64,000 nucleotides of DNA from Acidobacteriota bacterium (GTDB lineage Bacteria > Acidobacteriota > Thermoanaerobaculia > Gp7-AA8), in the NCBI GenBank assembly GCA_019244185.1, contig JAFATB010000026.1, positions 64,001 through 128,000 of the forward strand, read 5' to 3'. The notes under the pieces were generated by a model that was not told the DNA's origin, did no database searches, and saw nothing but the letters and a program-made list of their open reading frames with translations. The translations under genes and the position numbers were made by a program. Each line of letters opens with the position of its first letter. Position 1 is the stretch's first letter. Shown in pieces: positions 1 to 8,249 of this stretch.

Positions 1-659
1 ACGGCGGCGCTGATGATCTGCAGCGTGTTCACGCCGGCGGAGAGGTCGTTGGTCGTTCCGCCCTGGCGGATGCGCCACTTCGGCGTGCCGCCGTCAAAGA
101 ACGACTCGACGAACCAGAAGTCGGGCGCGCCGGCGTTCGCGGAGTTCAGCATCACGACGTCGTTTTCGACGACGCCGCGCAGCGTCTTGGTGGCGGCGTC
201 GAAGACGTTCGGCCCGGCGTTCAGCGTGATGCGCACGCGCATGTTGCCGCCCGCGCCGGGGAAGCGCGCCGAGACGAGCAGCGCGCCGGTCTGCTGCGAG
301 ACGCCCACGCCCGGCGGGAACGCGACCGGCGAGTCGAGCGGCGAGGCGTTCACGACTTCCGGCGAACCGCCGCGGAACGTGCGGGCGATGTACAGCCGCT
401 TGCCGCCGTTCTCGAAAAACATCCGGACGGCGTGCCACATGTAATTGTGGATGGCGCCGCTGCCGAAATCGAGCGGCTGCCGGTCGCCGTAGATGCGCTC
501 GTATTCGACGAGACCGGTGATCACGTCGGGGACGAGATCGATGGGGCCGAAGCGCGTCGGCCCGATGAACGCGGTCGTGGTCGTGCTCACGCCCTCGATC
601 GATTTCGAGCGGAACGAGACCTCTTCGACGTAGACGCCTGGAGCTAGATATTCTGGCAT
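1..659 (-). CDS. Phage tail sheath family protein (contractile injection system-like); 5' part only, runs off the window
   Basis: Not in the ORF track. Reverse complement from ATG at 659 reads MPEYLAPGVYVEEVSFRSKSIEGVSTTTTAFIGPTRFGP, the typical sheath N-terminus (PGVYVEE...IEGVST...AFIG). GAGGAG RBS upstream. Confidence 0.9.
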   Translation of the reverse strand, partial: MPEYLAPGVYVEEVSFRSKSIEGVSTTTTAFIGPTRFGPIDLVPDVITGLVEYERIYGDRQPLDFGSGAIHNYMWHAVRMFFENGGKRLYIARTFRGGSPEVVNASPLDSPVAFPPGVGVSQQTGALLVSARFPGAGGNMRVRITLNAGPNVFDAATKTLRGVVENDVVMLNSANAGAPDFWFVESFFDGGTPKWRIRQGGTTNDLSAGVNTLQIISAA

Positions 660-678
660 TCGGTTCTCCTCGTTTCGT

Positions 679-1554
679 TCAGGGCGGCGACCCCGCCGGA
701 GTGATGAGCAATGTCGGCGTCGCGCCGCCGCCGGCGTGCGTGGAGAGGCGCAGCTCGCGCCCGAACTGCAGCGTGGTCTGCGTCCACGGCGTCAGCGGCG
801 AGGTCTCCTCCCACGCCGTCGCGGGCGGCTGCGTGAGGACGTCGACGAGATCGGGAAGCGCGGGTACCGGCGTGCGCCGGCGATAGCGAACGGTGAAGTC
901 GACCGCCCAGGTCTGCTGCGTCAGCGGCGTGTTGACGCTGCCGGGCGAGCCGAGGGTGATCACGGGCTTCGGATAGAAGAGCGGCAGCATCACGCGGCCC
1001 TGCGCGTCGGCCATTCCGGTGACGAGGCGCTGCTCGCCGGCCTTCGCTTCCACGAGCGCCCACGCCGCGGGCTCGCCGGTCTCCGCGTCGATGAGCTCCG
1101 CGCGCAACACGCCCATGCCGTCCGGCGCGTTGCGCGTCGGGGCGGAGAAGAGCGGGACGAACGGCGCGGCGGGCGGCGAGGTCGCGTAGTCGATGCCGAA
1201 GACGCCGCGATGCGGCACCTCGACGCTGAACCAGCAGGGGAGATACAGCCCCCCGAGGTCGCGCACTTCGACGATGAACGTGCGCGTCGTCTGCGTGGCC
1301 CAGAACGCGTCGTCGCCGTCGCCGTGCTCGACGTCGCGCATCCACGGCAGATCGCGGAAGACGAAGATGCCGGACGGATTGGCGAGGCCGCTCGTGCGCA
1401 GTTCGGGAAGACCTTCGGGATACGCCTGCACGAGGAGCGACGACGACGCGTACTCGCGCGTCGCCTCGTCGCGGAAGCGCACCGCGAGCGGCGTGAGCAT
1501 CGGGACGCGCTCGAGCACGATGACTTCCATGCCCGTGCCCACGTCGACGCTCAT
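679..1554 (-). CDS. Hypothetical protein of the CIS operon (possible carboxypeptidase-regulatory/Ig-like domain)
   Basis: ATG at 1554 overlaps the stop of the DUF4255 gene; sits between DUF4255 and sheath; D.ETGEP...A.VE...TD.QGR-like beta-sandwich motif. Confidence 0.7.
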   Translation of the reverse strand: MSVDVGTGMEVIVLERVPMLTPLAVRFRDEATREYASSSLLVQAYPEGLPELRTSGLANPSGIFVFRDLPWMRDVEHGDGDDAFWATQTTRTFIVEVRDLGGLYLPCWFSVEVPHRGVFGIDYATSPPAAPFVPLFSAPTRNAPDGMGVLRAELIDAETGEPAAWALVEAKAGEQRLVTGMADAQGRVMLPLFYPKPVITLGSPGSVNTPLTQQTWAVDFTVRYRRRTPVPALPDLVDVLTQPPATAWEETSPLTPWTQTTLQFGRELRLSTHAGGGATPTLLITPAGSPP

Positions 1555-2144
1555 GCGGGCACGCTCACTTTCCCCATGTCGAAGACGCGCGTCTGCACCG
1601 GGTCGTACTCGAACATCTCCAGCTGCGACTCGAGCGAGACGTTGCGCACGATGTACGCGGCGCACGGCTGCATCTGCGGCTTGGCCGTGTCCCAGATGAC
1701 GTTCATGTCCTGGATCGAGACGTTCTCAAGAAGAACGTCGATCGCCTCGCCCTCGCCGAAGATGTCGGGTTCTGGGCCGTATTGATTGAGGAGGCTCGCG
1801 TGCAGCAGCGGCGTGTCTTCGATCGTGCGCATGGCCCAGCCGAGAAGGCGCTGCTGCTTGAACGCGTCGCGCGCCCACGCCACGAGCAGGTAGTGGAGAT
1901 CGAGCGGCATCGACGGGCGGTAGCGCCGTCCATCGAGTCCGACGCGCGGCGGCAGGTTGCGCACGACCGAGCCGGGTGTGACGCGATGGAGATAGAGCGC
2001 GATGCCTTCTTCCATCGGCGACTGCAGGTTCTTCGACTGATAGAGCTCGAACGCCGCGCCGGCGAACTCCGGCTTCGGAACGGCGGCGGCGAGCATCGAG
2101 AGGATCGCTTTCCCGATCGCGGCAATCGCGTATGGACCAGCCAT
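1551..2144 (-). CDS. DUF4255 / Pvc16-like tail terminator protein of contractile injection systems
   Basis: IALYLHRV...RN.P...LDLHYLLVAW...QQRLLGWAMR...DTP.L and WD...P...Y motifs; RBS AAAGGAAG before MAGPY. Confidence 0.85.
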   Translation of the reverse strand: MAGPYAIAAIGKAILSMLAAAVPKPEFAGAAFELYQSKNLQSPMEEGIALYLHRVTPGSVVRNLPPRVGLDGRRYRPSMPLDLHYLLVAWARDAFKQQRLLGWAMRTIEDTPLLHASLLNQYGPEPDIFGEGEAIDVLLENVSIQDMNVIWDTAKPQMQPCAAYIVRNVSLESQLEMFEYDPVQTRVFDMGKVSVPA

Positions 2145-2160
2145 GGACGCCGCTTCCTTT

Positions 2161-2280
2161 TTCAACGGCGCTGCCATGACTGCGACACGGCAAAGTGTCT
2201 TTGGAATCTATACGTTACGCTGCGAGCGCCCTTCGAGCGAAGCTGTTACACGTTACGTTTGTAACGCGGCGCGTGTTACA
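2161..2280 (-). promoter_or_regulatory. Possible sigma-54 promoter (-24/-12 TGGCAgcgccgTTGA) plus clustered GTTAC/GTAAC putative activator sites
   Basis: Minus strand 2176-2162 matches TGGCAC-N5-TTGC spacing with mismatches. GTTAC or GTAAC at 2214, 2245, 2252, 2261 and 2275. Adjacent gene is a sigma-54 activator. Confidence 0.4.
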
Positions 2281-2285
2281 CGCGA

Positions 2286-3635
2286 TCAGGCGCTCGCGTT
2301 GCGGTCGTACGCGCCCGGTTCTTCCGCGTGCGGAAAGAGGTCGTACTTGACCATCTTGCGGTAGAGCGTCATGCGCGAGCAGCCGAGGATGCGCGCGGCG
2401 TCGTTGCGGTTCCAGCCGCTGGCGCGCAGCGCGCCGAGCACTTTCTCGCGCTCCGATTCGCGCTTGCGCTCCTCGCTGGCGAAGAGCGCGCGGAGATACG
2501 GCGGGAGGTCTCGCCGCGTGACGCGCGTCGAGTGGCAGAAGACGAGCGTCGACTCGACGACGTTGCGCAGCTCGCGGACGTTGCCCGGCCAATCGTATTG
2601 CAGGAGCGATTCGAAAAAGGAGGAGTCGATGTCGTCGATGCGGCGGTCCGCGGTCTCCGCGAGCTCCCGCGCGAGATGCGCGACGAGCGCCGGGATGTCC
2701 TCGGTGTGCTCGCGCAGCGGCGGGAGATGCAGGCGCGCCACGTTGAGCCGAAAGTAAAGATCTTGACGAAATTTCTGCTGCGACGTCAGCTGCTCGAGGT
2801 TCTGGTTCGTCGCCGCGATGATGCGGATGTTGACGGCGATCTCGCGGTTGCCGCCGAGGCGCTGCACTTTGCGGCTCTCGATCGCGCGCAGGATCTTGGC
2901 CTGCGCGTAGAGGCTCATGTCGCCGATCTCGTCGAGGAAGAGCGTGCCGCCCTGCGCGTACTGCAGCTTGCCTTCACGCGCCGCATGCGCACCCGTGAAC
3001 GCGCCGCGCTCGTAGCCGAATAGCTCGCTTTCCAGCAGCCCTTCCGGAATGGCCGCGCAGTTGAGCGAGACGAACGGGCGGTCGCGCCGTTTGCTGTTGC
3101 GATGAATGAGCTCCGCCGTGAGCTCCTTGCCGGTGCCGGTCTCGCCGGTGATGAGGACGTTGCTGTCCGACAGCGCCACGCGCTCGATCGCGCGCCGCAC
3201 CTGTTCGACGCACCAGCTGCCGCCGACGAGCCGCTCGCCGTTGCGCAACGTCGTCTTCGGCGCGTCCGCCACCCACCCGCCTCGCGCGCGTCCGATGGCC
3301 TCGTCGATCTCCGCCGGGGAGCTGTCGTCCGTCAGCAGATCGTTCACGCCCGCGCGCATCGCGGACAACACGAGCGAGGCTTCGCAGCGCGCCAGGACGA
3401 AGACGAGCGTGACCCGCTCGTCCGCGCGCCGCACATGCCGCGCCGCGGCGAGCATTTCGGAGGTGAGCAGGTCTCCCTGAACCACCACCCACTCCGGCAC
3501 ATCCGCCCGAATCCCGGCCAGCAGCTCGAGCTCGTCCCCCGCCTCCTGCACCACCCACCCTCGCTCGGCCAACGCCGCCGCCACCCGTCCACCCTCAACG
3601 ACAGAGTCCTCGGCCTTCCACCACAGCGCACGCAT
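2286..3635 (-). CDS. Sigma-54-dependent enhancer-binding transcriptional regulator (receiver-like, AAA+, Fis HTH)
   Basis: GETGTGKE Walker A, ESELFGYERGAFTGA, LFLDEIG, WPGNVRELRN, C-terminal AARILGCSRMTLYRK. Confidence 0.95.
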   Translation of the reverse strand: MRALWWKAEDSVVEGGRVAAALAERGWVVQEAGDELELLAGIRADVPEWVVVQGDLLTSEMLAAARHVRRADERVTLVFVLARCEASLVLSAMRAGVNDLLTDDSSPAEIDEAIGRARGGWVADAPKTTLRNGERLVGGSWCVEQVRRAIERVALSDSNVLITGETGTGKELTAELIHRNSKRRDRPFVSLNCAAIPEGLLESELFGYERGAFTGAHAAREGKLQYAQGGTLFLDEIGDMSLYAQAKILRAIESRKVQRLGGNREIAVNIRIIAATNQNLEQLTSQQKFRQDLYFRLNVARLHLPPLREHTEDIPALVAHLARELAETADRRIDDIDSSFFESLLQYDWPGNVRELRNVVESTLVFCHSTRVTRRDLPPYLRALFASEERKRESEREKVLGALRASGWNRNDAARILGCSRMTLYRKMVKYDLFPHAEEPGAYDRNASA

Positions 3636-3789
3636 CGATACAAAATCCTTTGGAGGATAGTGAAGGATGGGCGGAAATCGTTACAGACGCCGTGAGGGAC
3701 ATCACAGGGTAGGCAATGACCGGCTCTCGCGCGCGGGAACTTCGTCCGAATCGAGCGACGCGGCATCGCTTCTGCGTTCGTCGCCGGGC

Positions 3790-4464
3790 GTGGCAGTCGC
3801 GAAGAAGCTGCGCTTCAACATCCACGTCGTGCTGCGGCGCATCCGGGCGGCGGTGGCGGAGCACGCGGACGCGGCGATGTTCGAGCTGGCGGAGCGCGGC
3901 TACCGGAGCGTGTTCCAGCAGCTCGTCGCGTGCATCATCTCCATCCGCACGCGCGACGAGGTGAGTTTGCCGACGGCGGTGAAGCTGTTCGATCGGGCGC
4001 CCACGCCGGCGGCGGTGGCAACGCTGACGGTCGCGCAGATCGATGCGCTCATTCACGCGAGCAGTTTTCACGAGGCGAAGGCGGCGCAGATCCGCGAGAT
4101 CGCGCGACGGACGGTCGACGAGTTCGGCGACGAGCTGCCGTGCGACTTCGACGTGCTGACGTCATTCCGCGGCGTCGGCCCGAAGTGCGCGAATCTGACG
4201 ATGGGCGTGGCGTGCGGAGCGAAACGGATCAGCGTCGACATCCACGTGCATCGCGTGACGAACCGCTGGGGCTACGTCGCGACGCGCGCGCCCGAGGACA
4301 CGATGCGGGCGCTGGAGGAGAAGCTGCCGCGCGAGTACTGGATCGACATCAACCGCCTGCTCGTGCCGTTCGGAAAGCACATCTGCACGGGCGTGCGGCC
4401 TCGCTGTTCGACGTGTCCTGTACTCGACTACTGCCAGCAGGCCGGCGTGACGTCGCATCGTTAG
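3790..4464 (+). CDS. nth: Endonuclease III (HhH-GPD glycosylase with 4Fe-4S cluster)
   Basis: L..F.GVGPKCAN HhH, VDIHVHRV, C-x6-C-x2-C-x5-C; start (GTG 3790) uncertain. Confidence 0.9.
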   Translation: MAVAKKLRFNIHVVLRRIRAAVAEHADAAMFELAERGYRSVFQQLVACIISIRTRDEVSLPTAVKLFDRAPTPAAVATLTVAQIDALIHASSFHEAKAAQIREIARRTVDEFGDELPCDFDVLTSFRGVGPKCANLTMGVACGAKRISVDIHVHRVTNRWGYVATRAPEDTMRALEEKLPREYWIDINRLLVPFGKHICTGVRPRCSTCPVLDYCQQAGVTSHR

Positions 4465-4513
4465 ACGCGGATGCGAGCACGCCGCGGCGCAGGGCGCCGC
4501 GGCGTTGCGGGAT

Positions 4514-5089
4514 CTAGTTCGACGGCGCGGCGCACGCCGTCGCGGATGGATTCGTCGGCTGATTGTTCTTCGTCATCCACCAGTAGTAATAGTCGTTCGC
4601 GAACTTGCTCTCTCCCGGCGTCGCGCCCGACCAGAGCTTGCCGCAGACGGAGCTCGGATTGGCGCACAGGCCGTTCGCGACCAGGACCACGGTCGGCTTG
4701 GTGCTCGTGGGGCACTTGCAGATCGCGCGCGTCGGATCGTGCGGGTCGGCCTCGCATTTGGCGCCGTAGCACCACGCCCATTGCGTCGCGGCCGGACAGC
4801 TGACCGTGCCGCTGCCGAGGTTGAAGAGGTTCGAGTAGGTGGAGGTGAGAGTCTTCTGGCGATCGCTGCACGAGTTCGGGCCGAGGTTCCAGCCGGTCTC
4901 GAGGACGCACTCGCATGGGTAGAGGTTGTTCGCGTCCGGCTTCTTTTCACAGGGCGCTTTGATGCAGAGCGCGTAGGTGCTGTTGCACATCGTCGCGGCG
5001 CCCTTGAAGTCGGCCGGCTTCTTCGGTGCGTCCGCGGCGGCGGCAGACATAGCTATGGCGAGCAGGAGTACCGTAGCTGCATTTTTCAT
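4514..5089 (-). CDS. Secreted cysteine-rich protein (14 Cys, internal duplication)
   Basis: Signal peptide MKNAATVLLLAIAMSAAAA; two [YW]AxC-x4-C-x11-CxC units. Confidence 0.8.
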   Translation of the reverse strand: MKNAATVLLLAIAMSAAAADAPKKPADFKGAATMCNSTYALCIKAPCEKKPDANNLYPCECVLETGWNLGPNSCSDRQKTLTSTYSNLFNLGSGTVSCPAATQWAWCYGAKCEADPHDPTRAICKCPTSTKPTVVLVANGLCANPSSVCGKLWSGATPGESKFANDYYYWWMTKNNQPTNPSATACAAPSN

Positions 5090-5166
5090 GATGTGGAGAT
5101 CCTACGCCTGCGGAGCTCGCTTTGCACGCCAGCCTCGCCGCGAACTGCGAAAATGCGGTTCTCACG

Positions 5167-7680
5167 ATGACTCCCAACCTTCTCGAACGCGACGCCCCGC
5201 TCGCGGAGCTCGAACGCGCGAAAGACGATGCGGTCGCCGGCCGCGGCTCGGCGGTCGCCGTCATCGGCGAGGCGGGCATCGGCAAAAGCTCGCTGCTGCA
5301 GGTCTTCGCGAGCGCGGCGCGTGACGACCTTCGTCTGCTCGCGTCGGGCTGCGAGGCGCTCTTCACGCCGCGTCCGCTCGGCCCGCTCTACGATCTCGCT
5401 CCGGAGCTCGGCGTCGACATGGAGCTGCCGCGCGAGCGCCTGTTTCCCGCGGTGCTGGCGGCACTGCGACGCGAGCCGACGATCCTCATCGTCGAGGACG
5501 TGCACTGGGCCGACCGCGCCACGCTCGATCTTCTCAAGTACCTCGGCCGCCGCCTCGCGGGCGCGGGCGTGCTGCTCGTGGTCAGCTACCGCGACGACGA
5601 GATCGCGCCCGATCATCCGCTGATCACGCTCCTCGGCGATCTCGGTTCCGCGCTGCGCCGTATCCGCCTCGCGGCGCTGTCACCGGATGCGGTTCGCGAG
5701 CTCGCCGGCGATCGCGGCGAAGGGCTGCACGAGCTGACCTCCGGCAATCCGTTCTACGTGACCGAGGTGCTCGCCGCCGGCGCCGAGCGCGTGCCGCCGA
5801 CCGTGCGCGATGCGGTGCTCGCGCGAGCGGCCGGACTCGCGCCGGAAGCGCGGCGGCTCATCGAGCTCGCGTCGCTGATTCCGGGTCGCGCGGAACTGCA
5901 TCTGCTCGACGCGAGCGTCGATGATGCGGAAGCCGCGGCGCGCAGCGGCATCGTGCGCATCGAGCACGCGTCGATCGTGTTTCGTCACGAGCTGGCGCGG
6001 CGTGCGATCGAGGACTCGCTCTTCGACGCGCGGCGCATGCCGATGCATCGGCTCATCCTCGAACGCCTGCTGGGCGCACACGAGAAGTCGTTCGCGCGAC
6101 TCGCGCATCACGCCGCCGGCGCGCGCGACGCGGCGGCGATCCTTCACTACGCGCCGCTCGCCGCGGCCGAGGCGGCGAAAGCGAGCGCGCATCAGGAGGC
6201 CGCCGCGCACTATCGCACCGCGCTGCAGTACTCTGGCGCGGCGAGCGAAGCGGAGCGCGCGGCGCTGCTCGACGCGCTGTCGTACGAGTGCTATCTCACC
6301 GACCGTCTCGACGAGGCGCTCGAGCGTCGCGTCGAGGTGCTCGCGATCTGGCACGCCCTCGGCGAGACGCGCAAGGAAGGCGACAACCTGCGCTGGCAGT
6401 CGCGCCTGCACTGGTTCCTCGGCCACAACGCGGCGGCGCACGACTGCGCCACGCGCGCGATCGCGATCCTCGAGCCGCTGCTGCCGAGCCGCGAGCTGGC
6501 GATGGCGTACAGCAACAAGGCGCAGCTGCACATGCTCGCGCAGGAACGCGACGAGGCGGCGGCGTGGGGCGCGCGCGCGATCGCGCTGGCCGAGGAGTTC
6601 GACGACCAGGAGATCCTCGCGCACGCGCTGAACAACGTCGGCACCGCGGAGGATTACGACGAGCTGATCGAGCGCAGCCTGCGCATCGCGCTGCAGCACG
6701 GCTATCAGGAGCACGTCGCGCGCGCGTACACGAACCTCGCCTCGGCGAACGTGCGGCGCTGCAGCTACGACGCGGCCGCGCGGTGGCTCGAGGAGGGCAT
6801 CGCGTATTGCCGTGACCGCGATCTCGATTCGTGGGTGCTGTACATGCGCGCGTGGCGCGCGCGGCTGCACCTCGAGCGTGGCGCGTGGGATGCGGCAGCG
6901 GAGGACGCGGAGGTGGTGCTCGCGCGCGGCGCGTCGTCGGTCACGCGCGTGCCGGCGGCGGCGGTGCTGGGACGCATCCGCATCCGCCGCGGCGATCCGG
7001 GAGGGATGGCGCTCCTCGACGAGGCGCGCGAGCTGGCGTTGCGCACGGGCGAGTTTCAGCGGATCGCGCCGGTCGCGTCCGCGCGTGCCGAGGCGGCGTG
7101 GCTGCGCGGGGAGACGAGCGGGGCGGCGATGGAGGCGCGCGACGCGTTCGCGATGTCGGAAGGACTCGCGGAGCCATGGGCGCGCGGCAGCCTGGCGATG
7201 TGGCTGGAGCTCGACGCGCCGCCGGACGGGATCGCGGAGCCGTTTGCGTTGCTGCTCGCTGGACGTTGCGTCGAAGCGGCGGATGCATTCCAAGCGGTCG
7301 GGCGGCCGTACGAGGCGGCGCTCTCGCTGGCGCGGGCGGACGATGTCGACGCGCTGCGCCGCGCCGCCGCGATGCTCGAGCGCCTCGGCGACGGCTCGCT
7401 GATCGACGTCGTGCGGCGCAAGCTGCGCGCGCTCGGCGTGCGCGGTCCGCGCGAGACCACGCGTGCGAATCCCTCGGGACTCACCGAGCGCGAGATCGAG
7501 ATCCTCCGGCTGCTCGACGAGGGACTGCGCAACGCCGACATCGCCGCGCAGCTGTTCGTCTCGCCGAAGACCGTCGACCATCACGTCTCGTCGATCCTCG
7601 GCAAGCTCGGCGTGCGCAGCCGGCGCGAGGCGGCGCGCGTCTTCCGCGCCCAACTTGGGGAATCCGCCGCCGAAAAATAG
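5167..7680 (+). CDS. LuxR-family regulator with N-terminal AAA/STAND ATPase and TPR region
   Basis: GEAGIGKS, VEDVHWAD, SGNPFY, C-terminal GLTEREIEIL...GLRNADIA.QLFVSPKTVDHHVSSILGKLG. Confidence 0.92.
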   Translation: MTPNLLERDAPLAELERAKDDAVAGRGSAVAVIGEAGIGKSSLLQVFASAARDDLRLLASGCEALFTPRPLGPLYDLAPELGVDMELPRERLFPAVLAALRREPTILIVEDVHWADRATLDLLKYLGRRLAGAGVLLVVSYRDDEIAPDHPLITLLGDLGSALRRIRLAALSPDAVRELAGDRGEGLHELTSGNPFYVTEVLAAGAERVPPTVRDAVLARAAGLAPEARRLIELASLIPGRAELHLLDASVDDAEAAARSGIVRIEHASIVFRHELARRAIEDSLFDARRMPMHRLILERLLGAHEKSFARLAHHAAGARDAAAILHYAPLAAAEAAKASAHQEAAAHYRTALQYSGAASEAERAALLDALSYECYLTDRLDEALERRVEVLAIWHALGETRKEGDNLRWQSRLHWFLGHNAAAHDCATRAIAILEPLLPSRELAMAYSNKAQLHMLAQERDEAAAWGARAIALAEEFDDQEILAHALNNVGTAEDYDELIERSLRIALQHGYQEHVARAYTNLASANVRRCSYDAAARWLEEGIAYCRDRDLDSWVLYMRAWRARLHLERGAWDAAAEDAEVVLARGASSVTRVPAAAVLGRIRIRRGDPGGMALLDEARELALRTGEFQRIAPVASARAEAAWLRGETSGAAMEARDAFAMSEGLAEPWARGSLAMWLELDAPPDGIAEPFALLLAGRCVEAADAFQAVGRPYEAALSLARADDVDALRRAAAMLERLGDGSLIDVVRRKLRALGVRGPRETTRANPSGLTEREIEILRLLDEGLRNADIAAQLFVSPKTVDHHVSSILGKLGVRSRREAARVFRAQLGESAAEK

Positions 7681-7747
7681 GGAGTTTCTCCCGATGTGCG
7701 CGAAGCGCGGATGACCGATCTTTCGCGGCGAAGGAGAAACTCGAACA

Positions 7748-8020
7748 ATGCCTCGTTACATGATCGAACGGACGTTCCCCGACGGACTGCACATCCCCAT
7801 CAACAACGTGGGCGCCGCGACGGCCGCGCAGGTCGGCGCCGTCAACGCCGGCGAAGGCGTGCACTGGGTGCACAGCTACGTGAGCGACGACAAGAAGCGC
7901 ACGTATTGCGTCTACGACGGCCCGAACCCGGAAGCCATCCGGCGCGCCGCGTCGAAGAACGGCCTGCCCATCGACAAGATGATGGAAGTGTCGGTTCTCA
8001 CGCCGTCGTTCTACTACTGA
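7748..8020 (+). CDS. DUF4242 domain-containing small protein
   Basis: MPRYMIERTFP...V.WVHSYVS.DK..TYCVYDGP.PEAIR pattern; AGGAG RBS. Confidence 0.85.
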   Translation: MPRYMIERTFPDGLHIPINNVGAATAAQVGAVNAGEGVHWVHSYVSDDKKRTYCVYDGPNPEAIRRAASKNGLPIDKMMEVSVLTPSFYY

Positions 8021-8249
8021 GCGCCGCGTCCCGCGGTCAATAAGAGCGCCGTCCCGCGGATGCGGGGCGGCGCCTCGTCGTCGTGCCGCTCCGCGTCGTC
8101 GTGCCGCTCCCACGCGACGTCCAGCCACGCGCAGAGGCGCTGCAGAAGCGCGCCGCGCGGCGTCTTCGCACGCGCAAATCCGCGCCTTCCGCGGCATGTC
8201 GCTTGCGTAGGGAACCCCGCCTAGCCATTACAATTTACTTCCGGCGGTC

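Noticed and set aside
8076-8110. 17-bp tandem duplication cgtcgtcgtgccgctcc
   Set aside because: Two copies only; likely slippage in intergenic GC-rich DNA.
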